This document shows positions 37,960 through 46,084 of a DNA stretch of 59,047 nt, one piece after another. The stretch is taken from the NCBI GenBank assembly GCA_934096015.1, contig CAKOLD010000004.1:1-59047 (forward strand), read 5' to 3'. The notes below the pieces were generated by a model. The model searched no databases and was not told the DNA's origin. It was given only the letters and a program-made list of their open reading frames with translations. The DNA is from an uncultured Bacilli bacterium (GTDB lineage Bacteria > Bacillota_I > Bacilli_A > RF39 > UBA660). Each line of letters starts with the position of its first letter. Position 1 is the stretch's first letter. The position numbers were made by a program, and so were the translations under genes.

Positions 37960-39007
37960 AGTTTGTATAATAGGTGCAGGTAATATATCAAATACAAGAC
38001 ATATTCCGGCTTTAAAAAAATTACATGACGTGGAGATATATGGAGTTATAAGTAATAGACAAGAAAAAATAGATTTAACTTGTGAAAAGCATAAAATTCC
38101 TAATGGATTGTTAGTTAATAATCCAGAAAATGATATTGAAACCGTAAAAAAATGTGAATGGTTTAAAGATATTGATGCCGTTTGTATAGGCACTCCACCT
38201 CAATATCATCATCCATGGGCAAAAATGGCTTTAATGCTAAATAAAGATGTGTTAGTAGAAAAACCAATGACAATGAATAAAAAAGAAGCTGATGAATTAA
38301 TTCAACTGGCAGAAGAAAAAAATTTAATTTTAAATGTAGTTCATAACTTCCAATATACAGCTGGCATGAAAAAAATAAACAATATAATTAAAAATAAAAC
38401 ATATGGAGAAATAGTTTCTATATTTGAAACACAATTTAGTAATAGAAATAGAAGATTACCAGAGTGGTATAATGAATTGCCATTAGGACTATTTTATGAT
38501 GAAGCGGCACATTTTATTTATCTATTATATAAACATGGTGGAAATTTACAAATAGATAATGTTTATGCGCAATATAACAAAGATAAGAAAGACAAAACAC
38601 CATTATCTTTAGAAGTTAGTGCAACGGCCGGAAAGATACCAGTTCACATGTATTTAAATTTTAATAGCCCAGTTTGTGAATGGTTTTATATTATTAATTT
38701 TGAAAAAAGAATTATTTTGTATGATTTATTTAAAGATATTGTAATCAGTCTACCAAGTGATGGAGAACATTATGCGAAAGAAGTATTGTTAAATGATTTG
38801 AAAAGAAGTTCACAATATTGGGGTGGTTTTATAAAAAATGGCTTTAAAAGATGCTTCGGCGGATTGCTTTATGGACACGAAACAGTCTTAAAAAATTATA
38901 TCGAAGCAGTAAAAACTAGAAAGAGCGATTTGAATTTATCTGCAAATGAAGGGAGAAAAACAATTATTTCAATGAACGAAATTGTCGACCAGGTGAATAA
39001 AAGATGA
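37946..39007 (+). CDS. Gfo/Idh/MocA-family NAD(P)-dependent oxidoreductase
   Basis: KVCIIGAGNISNTRHIPAL Rossmann motif and the EKPM motif (LVEKPMT). Confidence 0.8.
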   Translation: MKKIKVCIIGAGNISNTRHIPALKKLHDVEIYGVISNRQEKIDLTCEKHKIPNGLLVNNPENDIETVKKCEWFKDIDAVCIGTPPQYHHPWAKMALMLNKDVLVEKPMTMNKKEADELIQLAEEKNLILNVVHNFQYTAGMKKINNIIKNKTYGEIVSIFETQFSNRNRRLPEWYNELPLGLFYDEAAHFIYLLYKHGGNLQIDNVYAQYNKDKKDKTPLSLEVSATAGKIPVHMYLNFNSPVCEWFYIINFEKRIILYDLFKDIVISLPSDGEHYAKEVLLNDLKRSSQYWGGFIKNGFKRCFGGLLYGHETVLKNYIEAVKTRKSDLNLSANEGRKTIISMNEIVDQVNKR

Positions 39008-39357
39008 ATGTAGTTTATATTGTATTATATGTGATTTTCGCAGTAAGTGGTTCTACTTTAATGAAATATGGTGGTTTGTCACAATGTAAAACGTTATTTA
39101 CAGTACCAATCATAAATATAAACATTTCATTAATATCATTTTTAGGAATTATATTCTATGGACTAAGTTTTGTTTTTTATACAATACTATTAAATAAATT
39201 TGATTTATCATTTATTTCCCCTTTAACAGTGGCATTAGTATATATACTATTAATGATAACAGCTTTTATAGTTTTTAAAGAACCAATAACAACAAATAAA
39301 ATTGTTGGATGTAGCCTAATATTAATAGGAATATTATTTATGTTAAAAGGGAAATAG
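39004..39357 (+). CDS. Small 4-TM DMT/SMR-like membrane protein (EamA-half / ArnE-ArnF-like candidate flippase subunit)
   Basis: 117 aa with four hydrophobic helices. ATGA overlap with the oxidoreductase gene. Confidence 0.5.
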   Translation: MNVVYIVLYVIFAVSGSTLMKYGGLSQCKTLFTVPIININISLISFLGIIFYGLSFVFYTILLNKFDLSFISPLTVALVYILLMITAFIVFKEPITTNKIVGCSLILIGILFMLKGK

Positions 39358-39533
39358 TAAAAAATTTTAATTGCTATAGAACGCAATTAGTGAAAAAAGT
39401 TGAAAACTATTATGTCACAATATTGCAAAAATTGGATGCATGTCTAGAAAACTAAAAAAACATAACATTGTGATTTAAATGATAAATAAAGCGTAAATTT
39501 TAATCAGTGTACTTAACAATAAAATTTTAATAA

Positions 39534-39563
39534 AAACAGCACTGTAATGTGTTGTTTTTATTT
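39534..39563 (+). terminator. Probable terminator of the upstream glycan operon
   Basis: AAACAGCAC tgtaat GTGTTGTTT (9 bp including one G-U) followed by TTATTT. Confidence 0.45.
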
Positions 39564-39827
39564 ATAGTCATGTTATTATGATTTTTTATAGCCACCATAA
39601 TTATGGTTGCAATTAAATGGCAAATATGGCTTTTGTTTCAACTATTTTGTATAAAAAACTTTATTAAAAGAAAAATATGTAGAGATAATTATAAATCTGA
39701 CACAAAAATCACTTAACAGCATCATAATAGTGATCACGGAAATAAAGAATTTATATTGCTTTCTGCAAGTAAAAAAATATATAATAATTAAACGAAAAAA
39801 TTAAGATTTGAGAAACAGCACAAAAAA

Positions 39828-39877
39828 TATATAATTATACAATATATATAATTAATAATATATTGTATAATTATATA
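39828..39877. repeat. Perfect 20-bp inverted repeat with 10-nt spacer
   Basis: TATATAATTATACAATATAT (39828-39847) and its exact reverse complement (39858-39877), checked base by base. Lies directly upstream of the acyltransferase SD. Confidence 0.9.
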
Positions 39878-39895
39878 GAAAGGTATAAGAATGTT

Positions 39896-40960
39896 ATGTT
39901 AAAAAGTAGTTATGATCGAATTTTTTATTTAGATCTTCTTAGATTTATATCGTGTTTGGCAGTGATAATGATACACACTTGTGTTAATTACGTTGTTATA
40001 AATATAGGATCTTTAGATTTTTGGATTGGCAATATTTTAGATTCATTATCTAGATTTGGAGTTCCAATTTTTGTTATGATATCCGGAGCAACACTATTGG
40101 ATGAAAATTACTATTACTCAAAAAAAAAGAACAAAAAACATATAAAAAAAATGATAATTTTTTTTCTTTTTTGGTCAATTGTTTATTGTAGCTATTTTCA
40201 AGTGTTTAAACCACTATATCATAATATGCCACTTAATTTTCAAGAAATTATCTCAAAATTAGTTATTGGTAATTTTCATTTGTGGTATGTTCCTATGTTA
40301 TGTGGCTTATATATGATTTTACCATTGTTGAGATTATGGATTAAAAAATGTAATAAAAAATATATAGAATATTTTATTGTTTTATCTTTTATGTTTGTAT
40401 TTTTATTACCACAGCTATCAACTATAGGTTCATATTATTCACCAAATTTTAAATATCTTAATATGATTGTAGAATCTTTAAATATAAAATATATTAGTGG
40501 GTATACTATTTATTTCATACTGGGGTGGTATTTAAGTAATTACGATATCAAAAGAACAAAAACAATATATGTATTGGGAATATCGAGTATATTAATAGAA
40601 ATTATCATGACATATGTTTTGTCAATAAAAAATAATATTCCAACCCAACTATATGATAATATGTCAGTAAATGTTTTATTGCAATCTACAATGATTTTTA
40701 TATATACCAAAAAGCATTATAAGAAAATAGCCGATACAAAATTTTTAAGAAATATAATTTTAAATATTACTAACTATAGCTTAGGTATATATGCACTCCA
40801 CGTATTATATATTGATGTAATCTATGCAATTTTAAGGAAAATCAACATTATAGATTCATATTTTTCTATTCCTTTAGTTTTTATAAGTTCATTGCTATTG
40901 TCTCTAGCAACATCATTTTTTATTGGAAAAATTCATTGTCTTAAAAAATTGGTTTCATAA
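39896..40960 (+). CDS. Acyltransferase-3 family membrane protein (glycan O-acyltransferase type)
   Basis: N-terminal RIFYLDLLRFISCLAVIMIHT and about 10 TM segments. ATG 39896 lies downstream of AGAAAGG; the ORF-track TTG 39863 falls inside the inverted repeat. Confidence 0.8.
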   Translation: MLKSSYDRIFYLDLLRFISCLAVIMIHTCVNYVVINIGSLDFWIGNILDSLSRFGVPIFVMISGATLLDENYYYSKKKNKKHIKKMIIFFLFWSIVYCSYFQVFKPLYHNMPLNFQEIISKLVIGNFHLWYVPMLCGLYMILPLLRLWIKKCNKKYIEYFIVLSFMFVFLLPQLSTIGSYYSPNFKYLNMIVESLNIKYISGYTIYFILGWYLSNYDIKRTKTIYVLGISSILIEIIMTYVLSIKNNIPTQLYDNMSVNVLLQSTMIFIYTKKHYKKIADTKFLRNIILNITNYSLGIYALHVLYIDVIYAILRKINIIDSYFSIPLVFISSLLLSLATSFFIGKIHCLKKLVS

Positions 40961-41247
40961 AGTTTACATTAAGCTTGTCTAAGAAGTATAATAATACGAA
41001 GTGGTAAGAAAAAAGCATACACCCAAAGTGTATACTTTTATTTTCATCAAAAATATATATTGATTTTGTGGTAAGAGTTTATAGCACACATTAATAATAT
41101 TGTAAAAAAATACAGGATTTCATTCTTGGTTGCTCTAAAATAAAAAAATTAAATGAAAGATTTAATTAGATAAATAATGAATGCTAATATGCTTCTTTTA
41201 TAGACAATAATTTATTATTTTGTTAAAATTGAAATGGTGATAATTCT

Positions 41248-42519
41248 ATGAAAGAAAAGATTTCTAAATTAAAAAATGTTTACAAAAAATACGGATTTAA
41301 AATATTTTGTAAAAAATTAAAAGCATATATCATTGCTAATTATTTAGATAAAATAAGTTTAAAAGTAATGCTTATGCCAAGTAAATATAAAAAAGTTATA
41401 AACGAAATGTTGGATTCAAATAAATATGATAGAGTTATAATCTGGAGAAGCAGTTTTGGATACAATGTTCCTTTATTTCAAAGACCTCAACATATTGCAA
41501 ATAATCTTTCAAAAAATAAATGCTTAGTTCTTTACGAAGTAACTACAATGACAGATAAAATAAAAACTATTGAAAAATTACAAGATAATTTATATTTAAC
41601 TAATTTTAATAATATTGCTTTAAATAAAATAATTATGAAGGAATTATCTAAACGCAACATACCAAAATACATTCAGTTATATTCAACAGACTGGAAATTA
41701 ACAGTTGAAAATATAGAAAATTATTTAAATAATGGTTTCAAATTTATTTATGAATATATTGATGATATATCACCAGAATTAGCAGGTACAAAAGATATAC
41801 CTAAAAATATAACAGATAAATATCAATATGCGATGAAAAATAAAAATGTTTATGTTGTAGTTACAGCAGAAATGCTAAAACAAGATGTTATAAAACAAAG
41901 AGGAGAAAAAAATTTAATATTCTCATCTAATGGTGTAGATACTTCATTTTTTGAAACATATGATAAAGATTTTAAATTTGAACAAGAGTTTACAAATATT
42001 TTAGCAAATAAAAAGATTAATTTATGTTACTATGGAGCTTTAGCTAAATGGTTTGATTATGATCTAATTAAAGAAATTGCTAAAACTGATAAATATAATA
42101 TTATTCTTTTTGGAATAAAATATGATGAATCATATGACGAAAATATAAAAAATGAAAAAAATATTTATTTTATGGGACCAAGAGATTATAAAATTTTAAA
42201 AAACTATGCAAAGAAAATGGATATTTTATGTGTACCATTTAAAATAAACAACATTACTCGTGCTACAAGTCCTGTAAAATTATTTGAGTATATGGCGTTA
42301 GAAAAACCTATTGTAACAACAGATATGAATGAGTGTAGAAAGTATAAAAGTGTATTAATTGGAAAGAACCACAAAGACTTTTTAAAAAAGTTAGAAGAAG
42401 CAACTAAATTAGAAAAAGATAAAGAATATATTAAATTATTACAAAAAGAAGCTAAAGAAAATGACTGGTCAAACAAAGCTAAAGCAATAATTGAGGAAAT
42501 ATCAAAAAATGAAAAATAA
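41248..42519 (+). CDS. Glycosyltransferase, GT-B family 1-like
   Basis: C-terminal LCYYGAL...PFKINNITRATSPVKLFEYMALEKPIVTT. Confidence 0.55.
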   Translation: MKEKISKLKNVYKKYGFKIFCKKLKAYIIANYLDKISLKVMLMPSKYKKVINEMLDSNKYDRVIIWRSSFGYNVPLFQRPQHIANNLSKNKCLVLYEVTTMTDKIKTIEKLQDNLYLTNFNNIALNKIIMKELSKRNIPKYIQLYSTDWKLTVENIENYLNNGFKFIYEYIDDISPELAGTKDIPKNITDKYQYAMKNKNVYVVVTAEMLKQDVIKQRGEKNLIFSSNGVDTSFFETYDKDFKFEQEFTNILANKKINLCYYGALAKWFDYDLIKEIAKTDKYNIILFGIKYDESYDENIKNEKNIYFMGPRDYKILKNYAKKMDILCVPFKINNITRATSPVKLFEYMALEKPIVTTDMNECRKYKSVLIGKNHKDFLKKLEEATKLEKDKEYIKLLQKEAKENDWSNKAKAIIEEISKNEK

Positions 42520-43231
42520 TATTTATAAAAATTTGTATAAAAAATCTAAAAATAACTTTTATGATTTATTAAAAAAGAATCTGAAAAATGAAAAGAAAAC
42601 TTTTGTAATCACTGCCAATCCAGAAACTTACATGACATCATATAAAGATGATGAAATTTTAAAAATATTAAATAATAAAAATAATTTAGTTGTTCCTGAC
42701 GGAATTGCGATTGTTAAAACAGCAAAGTATTTAGGTATAGACATCAAAGAAAGAATTACTGGAGTAGAAATAGCAGAATTTTTATTAGAAGAAGCAAATA
42801 AAAATAAATATAAGCTATATTTATTTGGAGCTAAAGAAGAGGTATTGAATACATTAGTAGAAGTCATTAAAAATAAATATCCTAATATAAACATAGTTGG
42901 TTTTAAAAATGGATACGTAAATGATAAAGACAAAGTAATGAATGAAATAAAAAAATTAAATCCTGACATAACTTTAATTGCATTAGGAATACCAGCACAG
43001 GAAAAACTAATTAACAAACACATTGAAAAATTTACTAAAGGTATTTTTATTGGAGTTGGAGGCACTTTTGATGTTTTAAGTGGCACCAAAAAAAGAGCAC
43101 CAAAGCTATTTATTAAATTAAATTTAGAATGGTTATATAGAATAGTAACTGAACCAAAAAGAATAAAAAGATTTTATAAATATAATATTAAGTTTTTAAA
43201 ATTAATAAAAAAAGAAAAAAACAACAGTTAA
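42509..43231 (+). CDS. tagA: WecB/TagA/CpsF-family glycosyltransferase (GT26; N-acetylmannosaminyltransferase type)
   Basis: ITANPE, VPDGIAIV, LFGAKEEV, ALGIPAQEKLI, GVGGTFDVLSG..KRAP, LEWLYR. ATG 42509 follows GAGGA and overlaps the upstream gene end. Confidence 0.85.
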   Translation: MKNNIYKNLYKKSKNNFYDLLKKNLKNEKKTFVITANPETYMTSYKDDEILKILNNKNNLVVPDGIAIVKTAKYLGIDIKERITGVEIAEFLLEEANKNKYKLYLFGAKEEVLNTLVEVIKNKYPNINIVGFKNGYVNDKDKVMNEIKKLNPDITLIALGIPAQEKLINKHIEKFTKGIFIGVGGTFDVLSGTKKRAPKLFIKLNLEWLYRIVTEPKRIKRFYKYNIKFLKLIKKEKNNS

Positions 43232-43251
43232 TGTCGTCTTAACAACGACAT
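43231..43251 (+). other. Copy 2 of the recurrent hairpin (ATGTCGT-N7-ACGACAT)
   Basis: 7-bp perfect stem starting at the last base of the tagA stop codon. Confidence 0.7.
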
Positions 43252-43264
43252 AAATATTAAATAA

Positions 43265-43283
43265 TGTCGCCACACAGACGACA
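43265..43283 (+). other. Copy 3 of the recurrent hairpin (TGTCGCC-acaca-GACGACA, one mismatch)
   Basis: Preceded by the same TAATGTCG context and followed by an A-run and the next gene's SD (AAAGGAAG). Confidence 0.6.
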
Positions 43284-43304
43284 AAAAAACAAAGGAAGTG
43301 CAAT

Positions 43305-44315
43305 ATGCAATATTACTTATATGATTTTGATGGCACAATATATGATGGAGATTCTTCTTTTGATTTTATCATGTATTGTTTTAGAACAAATCCTAAATTA
43401 ATTAAATATTTACCGAAATGTTTAAATGCTGCCTTTAAATACAAAGCAAAAAAAATAACTAAAACAGAAATGAAAGAAATCTTTTTTTCTTTTTTAAAAG
43501 ATATAAAAGATATTGACTCTGCCATTAAACAATTTTGGCAAAAACACGAAAAAAATATTAAAAAATTTTATAGAGATAAAAAACATGACAAAGATATTAT
43601 AATTTCAGCTAGTCCTATTTTTCTTTTAAAACCAATAGCAGAAAAATATAAAGTACATGATTTAATTGCTAGTGATGTTAATAAAAAAAATGGAAAGTTT
43701 TTAAAGGAAAATTGTTTAGGCAAAGAAAAAGTTAAAGTTTTCAAAAAAAAATATCCAAAAGCTAAAATTTTAGAAATGTATACAGATTCAAGTCATGACT
43801 TACCATTAATAGAGTTAGCAGATAAAGGATATTTGGTAGTATACGACAACATATATAATTATAATGAATACAAAAAACCAAATATTTTAATTAGAACATT
43901 TAAGATGTTAATTCATCAATATTATAAGAATCAAGAAATTTTTAATTATTTAGTATTTGGAGTATTAACGACTATAGTAAGTTTGTTAGTTTATTACGGA
44001 TTAGTTTATACAATACTAAATCCAAATAAACCAATTCAATTACAATTAGCAAATATTATATCTTGGATAATTGCAGTTCTTTTTGCGTATATAACTAATA
44101 GAAAATATGTTTTTAAAAGCAAAAATAAAAATATCAAAAAAGAACTAACAAATTTTTGCGGTAGTAGAGTAATGACCTTAATTTTAGATATGTTTATAAT
44201 GTATTTCTTTGTTACTCTATTAAAAGGTAATGATAAAATATTTAAATTGGTTTCTCAAGTATTAGTAACCATTGGTAATTACATTATTAGTAAATTACTT
44301 GTATTTAAAAAATGA
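43305..44315 (+). CDS. Fusion protein: N-terminal HAD-like hydrolase + C-terminal GtrA-like 4-TM domain
   Basis: YLYDFDGTIYDGDS (DxDGT nucleophile motif)...YTDSSHDLPL, then FNYLVFGVLTTIVSLLVYY...ANIISWIIAVLFAYITNRKYVFK (GtrA family signature). Confidence 0.7.
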   Translation: MQYYLYDFDGTIYDGDSSFDFIMYCFRTNPKLIKYLPKCLNAAFKYKAKKITKTEMKEIFFSFLKDIKDIDSAIKQFWQKHEKNIKKFYRDKKHDKDIIISASPIFLLKPIAEKYKVHDLIASDVNKKNGKFLKENCLGKEKVKVFKKKYPKAKILEMYTDSSHDLPLIELADKGYLVVYDNIYNYNEYKKPNILIRTFKMLIHQYYKNQEIFNYLVFGVLTTIVSLLVYYGLVYTILNPNKPIQLQLANIISWIIAVLFAYITNRKYVFKSKNKNIKKELTNFCGSRVMTLILDMFIMYFFVTLLKGNDKIFKLVSQVLVTIGNYIISKLLVFKK

Positions 44316-44340
44316 ATTAGGTTTTTCCTAATTCATTTTT
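44313..44340. terminator. Bidirectional terminator
   Basis: TGAATTAGG ttttt CCTAATTCA flanked by an A-run and a T-run. Confidence 0.7.
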
Positions 44341-44530
44341 ACATCTCAACAACACTCATATTTTGAACTTGATTTTGAGAAGTATTATTTTGCTTTTTTT
44401 GTTCGGTACTAATTAATTGTAACATATAAACACAGGCTGCAACAAAAATTGCACCTAAACAAGTACAAACAGTAATAGTAATAATATTGGTTATTTTATT
44501 AACCTTATCAAAAGTTTTTTCATCTTTCAT
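44339..44530 (-). CDS. Small single-TM protein, unknown function
   Basis: One hydrophobic segment (ITNIITITVCTCLGAIFVAACVYML). ATG 44530 has a GGTG-type SD. Weak support. Confidence 0.3.
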   Translation of the reverse strand: MKDEKTFDKVNKITNIITITVCTCLGAIFVAACVYMLQLISTEQKKQNNTSQNQVQNMSVVEM

Positions 44531-44606
44531 ACTTAACACCATCTAAATAATATCATATCTAAGCATTCAAGTATTAAATTAATTAATATGGTTTACATAA
44601 AAACGT

Positions 44607-45743
44607 CTATTTACTTAATTTTTTCTTTCTTCTTTTATTTTCATACATTAAATTATCAGCTTTAGTAATCAAAGTATTAACAGATTTAATATTTGCTCTA
44701 ACATCAGAAAAATATCCCATGCTGATTTTAATATATTCATTATTCTCTTTTTTAATATTATTTGTAATTAAGCTTTCTAATTCGTTCATTTGATCATTGT
44801 CAAAATTAGAAACAATAACGAATTCATCTCCTCCATAACGAGCTAAAAATAAATTTTTTCCAAAATCAGCACAACTTTTCTTTAAAATATTTGCAATCAA
44901 TACTAAAATATCATCACCAGCTAGATGGCCATAGGTATCATTAATTATTTTAAAATCATCGACATCTATAAACATTAAAGATATAAGATCATTTTCTCTA
45001 GAATTCTCAAACTTGTATTGTAAATATTCATTAAATTTGTTACGGTTATTTGTTTTTGTCAAATCATCCACTGAAATTTGTTCTTCTTGAAAATACAAAA
45101 AAATCATTAAAGAAGATATAGTAAACCCCACTTGTAAAACAGTTAGACCATAATTAAAAAGCTGTATTAGATTAGCAACAAAAGGTCCTATGATAAATAA
45201 ACAAAAAGGAAATATTATTTCTTTTTTATAAATGTTATCAGTTGTATAATACACTTGTAAAGACTTTATAGTAGAAATTAATATATAAACCCAAGTAACA
45301 AAAGTATAAATAAAAGATATATCACTGCGTTCATATAAATTATTAGTGTTTATAGTAAATAAAATACCTGTAAAAATATTTAATATTAACAATAACACTC
45401 CAATTAAAACCGGAAGATTAATCAATATCTTAATTTTAATATTTTTTAATGAATCTTTATCTATATTTAAAAAAACGTATTCAGTCCAATAAAAACTAAT
45501 TAAAAGAGGAAAGAACAAATATAAGGAATTTGAGATTAATAATATTGTATTACTATATTGGAAATTACTCCCTCTAAACAATATAGAAATAATATCTACC
45601 ACACAAAATAATATTAAACTAATAATAATTTTTTTATAAATAAGTGTAGTATATTTAGTTTTGTTAATTAGCTTAAAAAATATCATTGCTAAAATAATTA
45701 TACAAACTATATTTGTTTGTAAATAATAAGGTAATACATACAT
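44607..45743 (-). CDS. Membrane-anchored diguanylate cyclase (GGDEF domain)
   Basis: About 7 N-terminal TM segments, then DDLTKTNNRNKF...FIDVDDFKIINDTYGHLAGD...ARYGGDEF. ATG 45743 follows GGAG; the ORF-track TTG 45776 is possible. Confidence 0.85.
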   Translation of the reverse strand: MYVLPYYLQTNIVCIIILAMIFFKLINKTKYTTLIYKKIIISLILFCVVDIISILFRGSNFQYSNTILLISNSLYLFFPLLISFYWTEYVFLNIDKDSLKNIKIKILINLPVLIGVLLLILNIFTGILFTINTNNLYERSDISFIYTFVTWVYILISTIKSLQVYYTTDNIYKKEIIFPFCLFIIGPFVANLIQLFNYGLTVLQVGFTISSLMIFLYFQEEQISVDDLTKTNNRNKFNEYLQYKFENSRENDLISLMFIDVDDFKIINDTYGHLAGDDILVLIANILKKSCADFGKNLFLARYGGDEFVIVSNFDNDQMNELESLITNNIKKENNEYIKISMGYFSDVRANIKSVNTLITKADNLMYENKRRKKKLSK

Positions 45744-45921
45744 CCATACCACTCCAAATATAATAACTAAAACCAATTATACAAAAAAATTAAAAAAATG
45801 ACAAATTTATAACTGATTTCTAATACTAGTAAAATTCTAATTTTTAAAAAATAAAAAAAGAATGTTGTATCAGCTAAAAGTATGTGATATATTAATAATG
45901 TTATTCTTAACATTATTAAAT

Positions 45922-45997
45922 GGCCCATTGGTGAAATGGTTAACACATAGCCCTCTCAAGGCTACATTCATGGGTTCAAATCCCATATGGGTCACCA
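45922..45997 (+). tRNA. tRNA-Glu, anticodon CUC (hand-folded), CCA encoded
   Basis: 76 nt. Acceptor GGCCCAU/AUGGGUC, 3-bp D stem GUG/CAC with an AAAUGGUUAA loop (tRNA-Glu style), anticodon stem UAGCC/GGCUA with loop CU-CUC-AA, T arm AUGGG-UUCAAAU-CCCAU, discriminator A, CCA. Confidence 0.85.
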
Positions 45998-46007
45998 ATT
46001 AAAATTC

Positions 46008-46030
46008 AACGACTATAAAGTCGTTTTTTT
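46008..46030 (+). terminator. Terminator after the tRNA
   Basis: AACGACT ataa AGTCGTT followed by TTTTT. Confidence 0.75.
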
Positions 46031-46084
46031 ATTTATAAAAGTATAAAAATAAATTATTAGTAAAAAATAATAATGGTGATTTGT

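Noticed and set aside
41001-41075. Direct repeat GTGGTAAGA (41001-41009 and 41067-41075) in the gap before the GT1-like gene
   Set aside because: It is only 9 bp, with two copies 66 bp apart. That is within chance expectation and no associated structure was found.
3400-43525. Many other 60-150-aa antisense or out-of-frame ORFs in the track: 3400..3609, 6064..6321, 7372..7686, 9225..9407, 10769..10951, 15944..16249, 18847..19092, 19483..19794, 27161..27346, 28229..28546, 28826..29044, 30359..30541, 31688..31918, 32090..32407, 32964..33245, 33143..33394, 33510..33794, 33942..34184, 35313..35498, 35801..36025, 37563..37871, 37942..38193, 39177..39386, 42204..42476, 42628..43089, 43313..43525. 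The same applies to 49986..50240, 53341..53523, 54326..54523, 56540..56746, 56640..56828 and 57818..58039.
   Set aside because: Each lies entirely within a longer ORF carrying recognisable family motifs. They have low-complexity Leu/Ile/Phe/Ser-rich translations typical of AT-rich antisense frames, and no SD.
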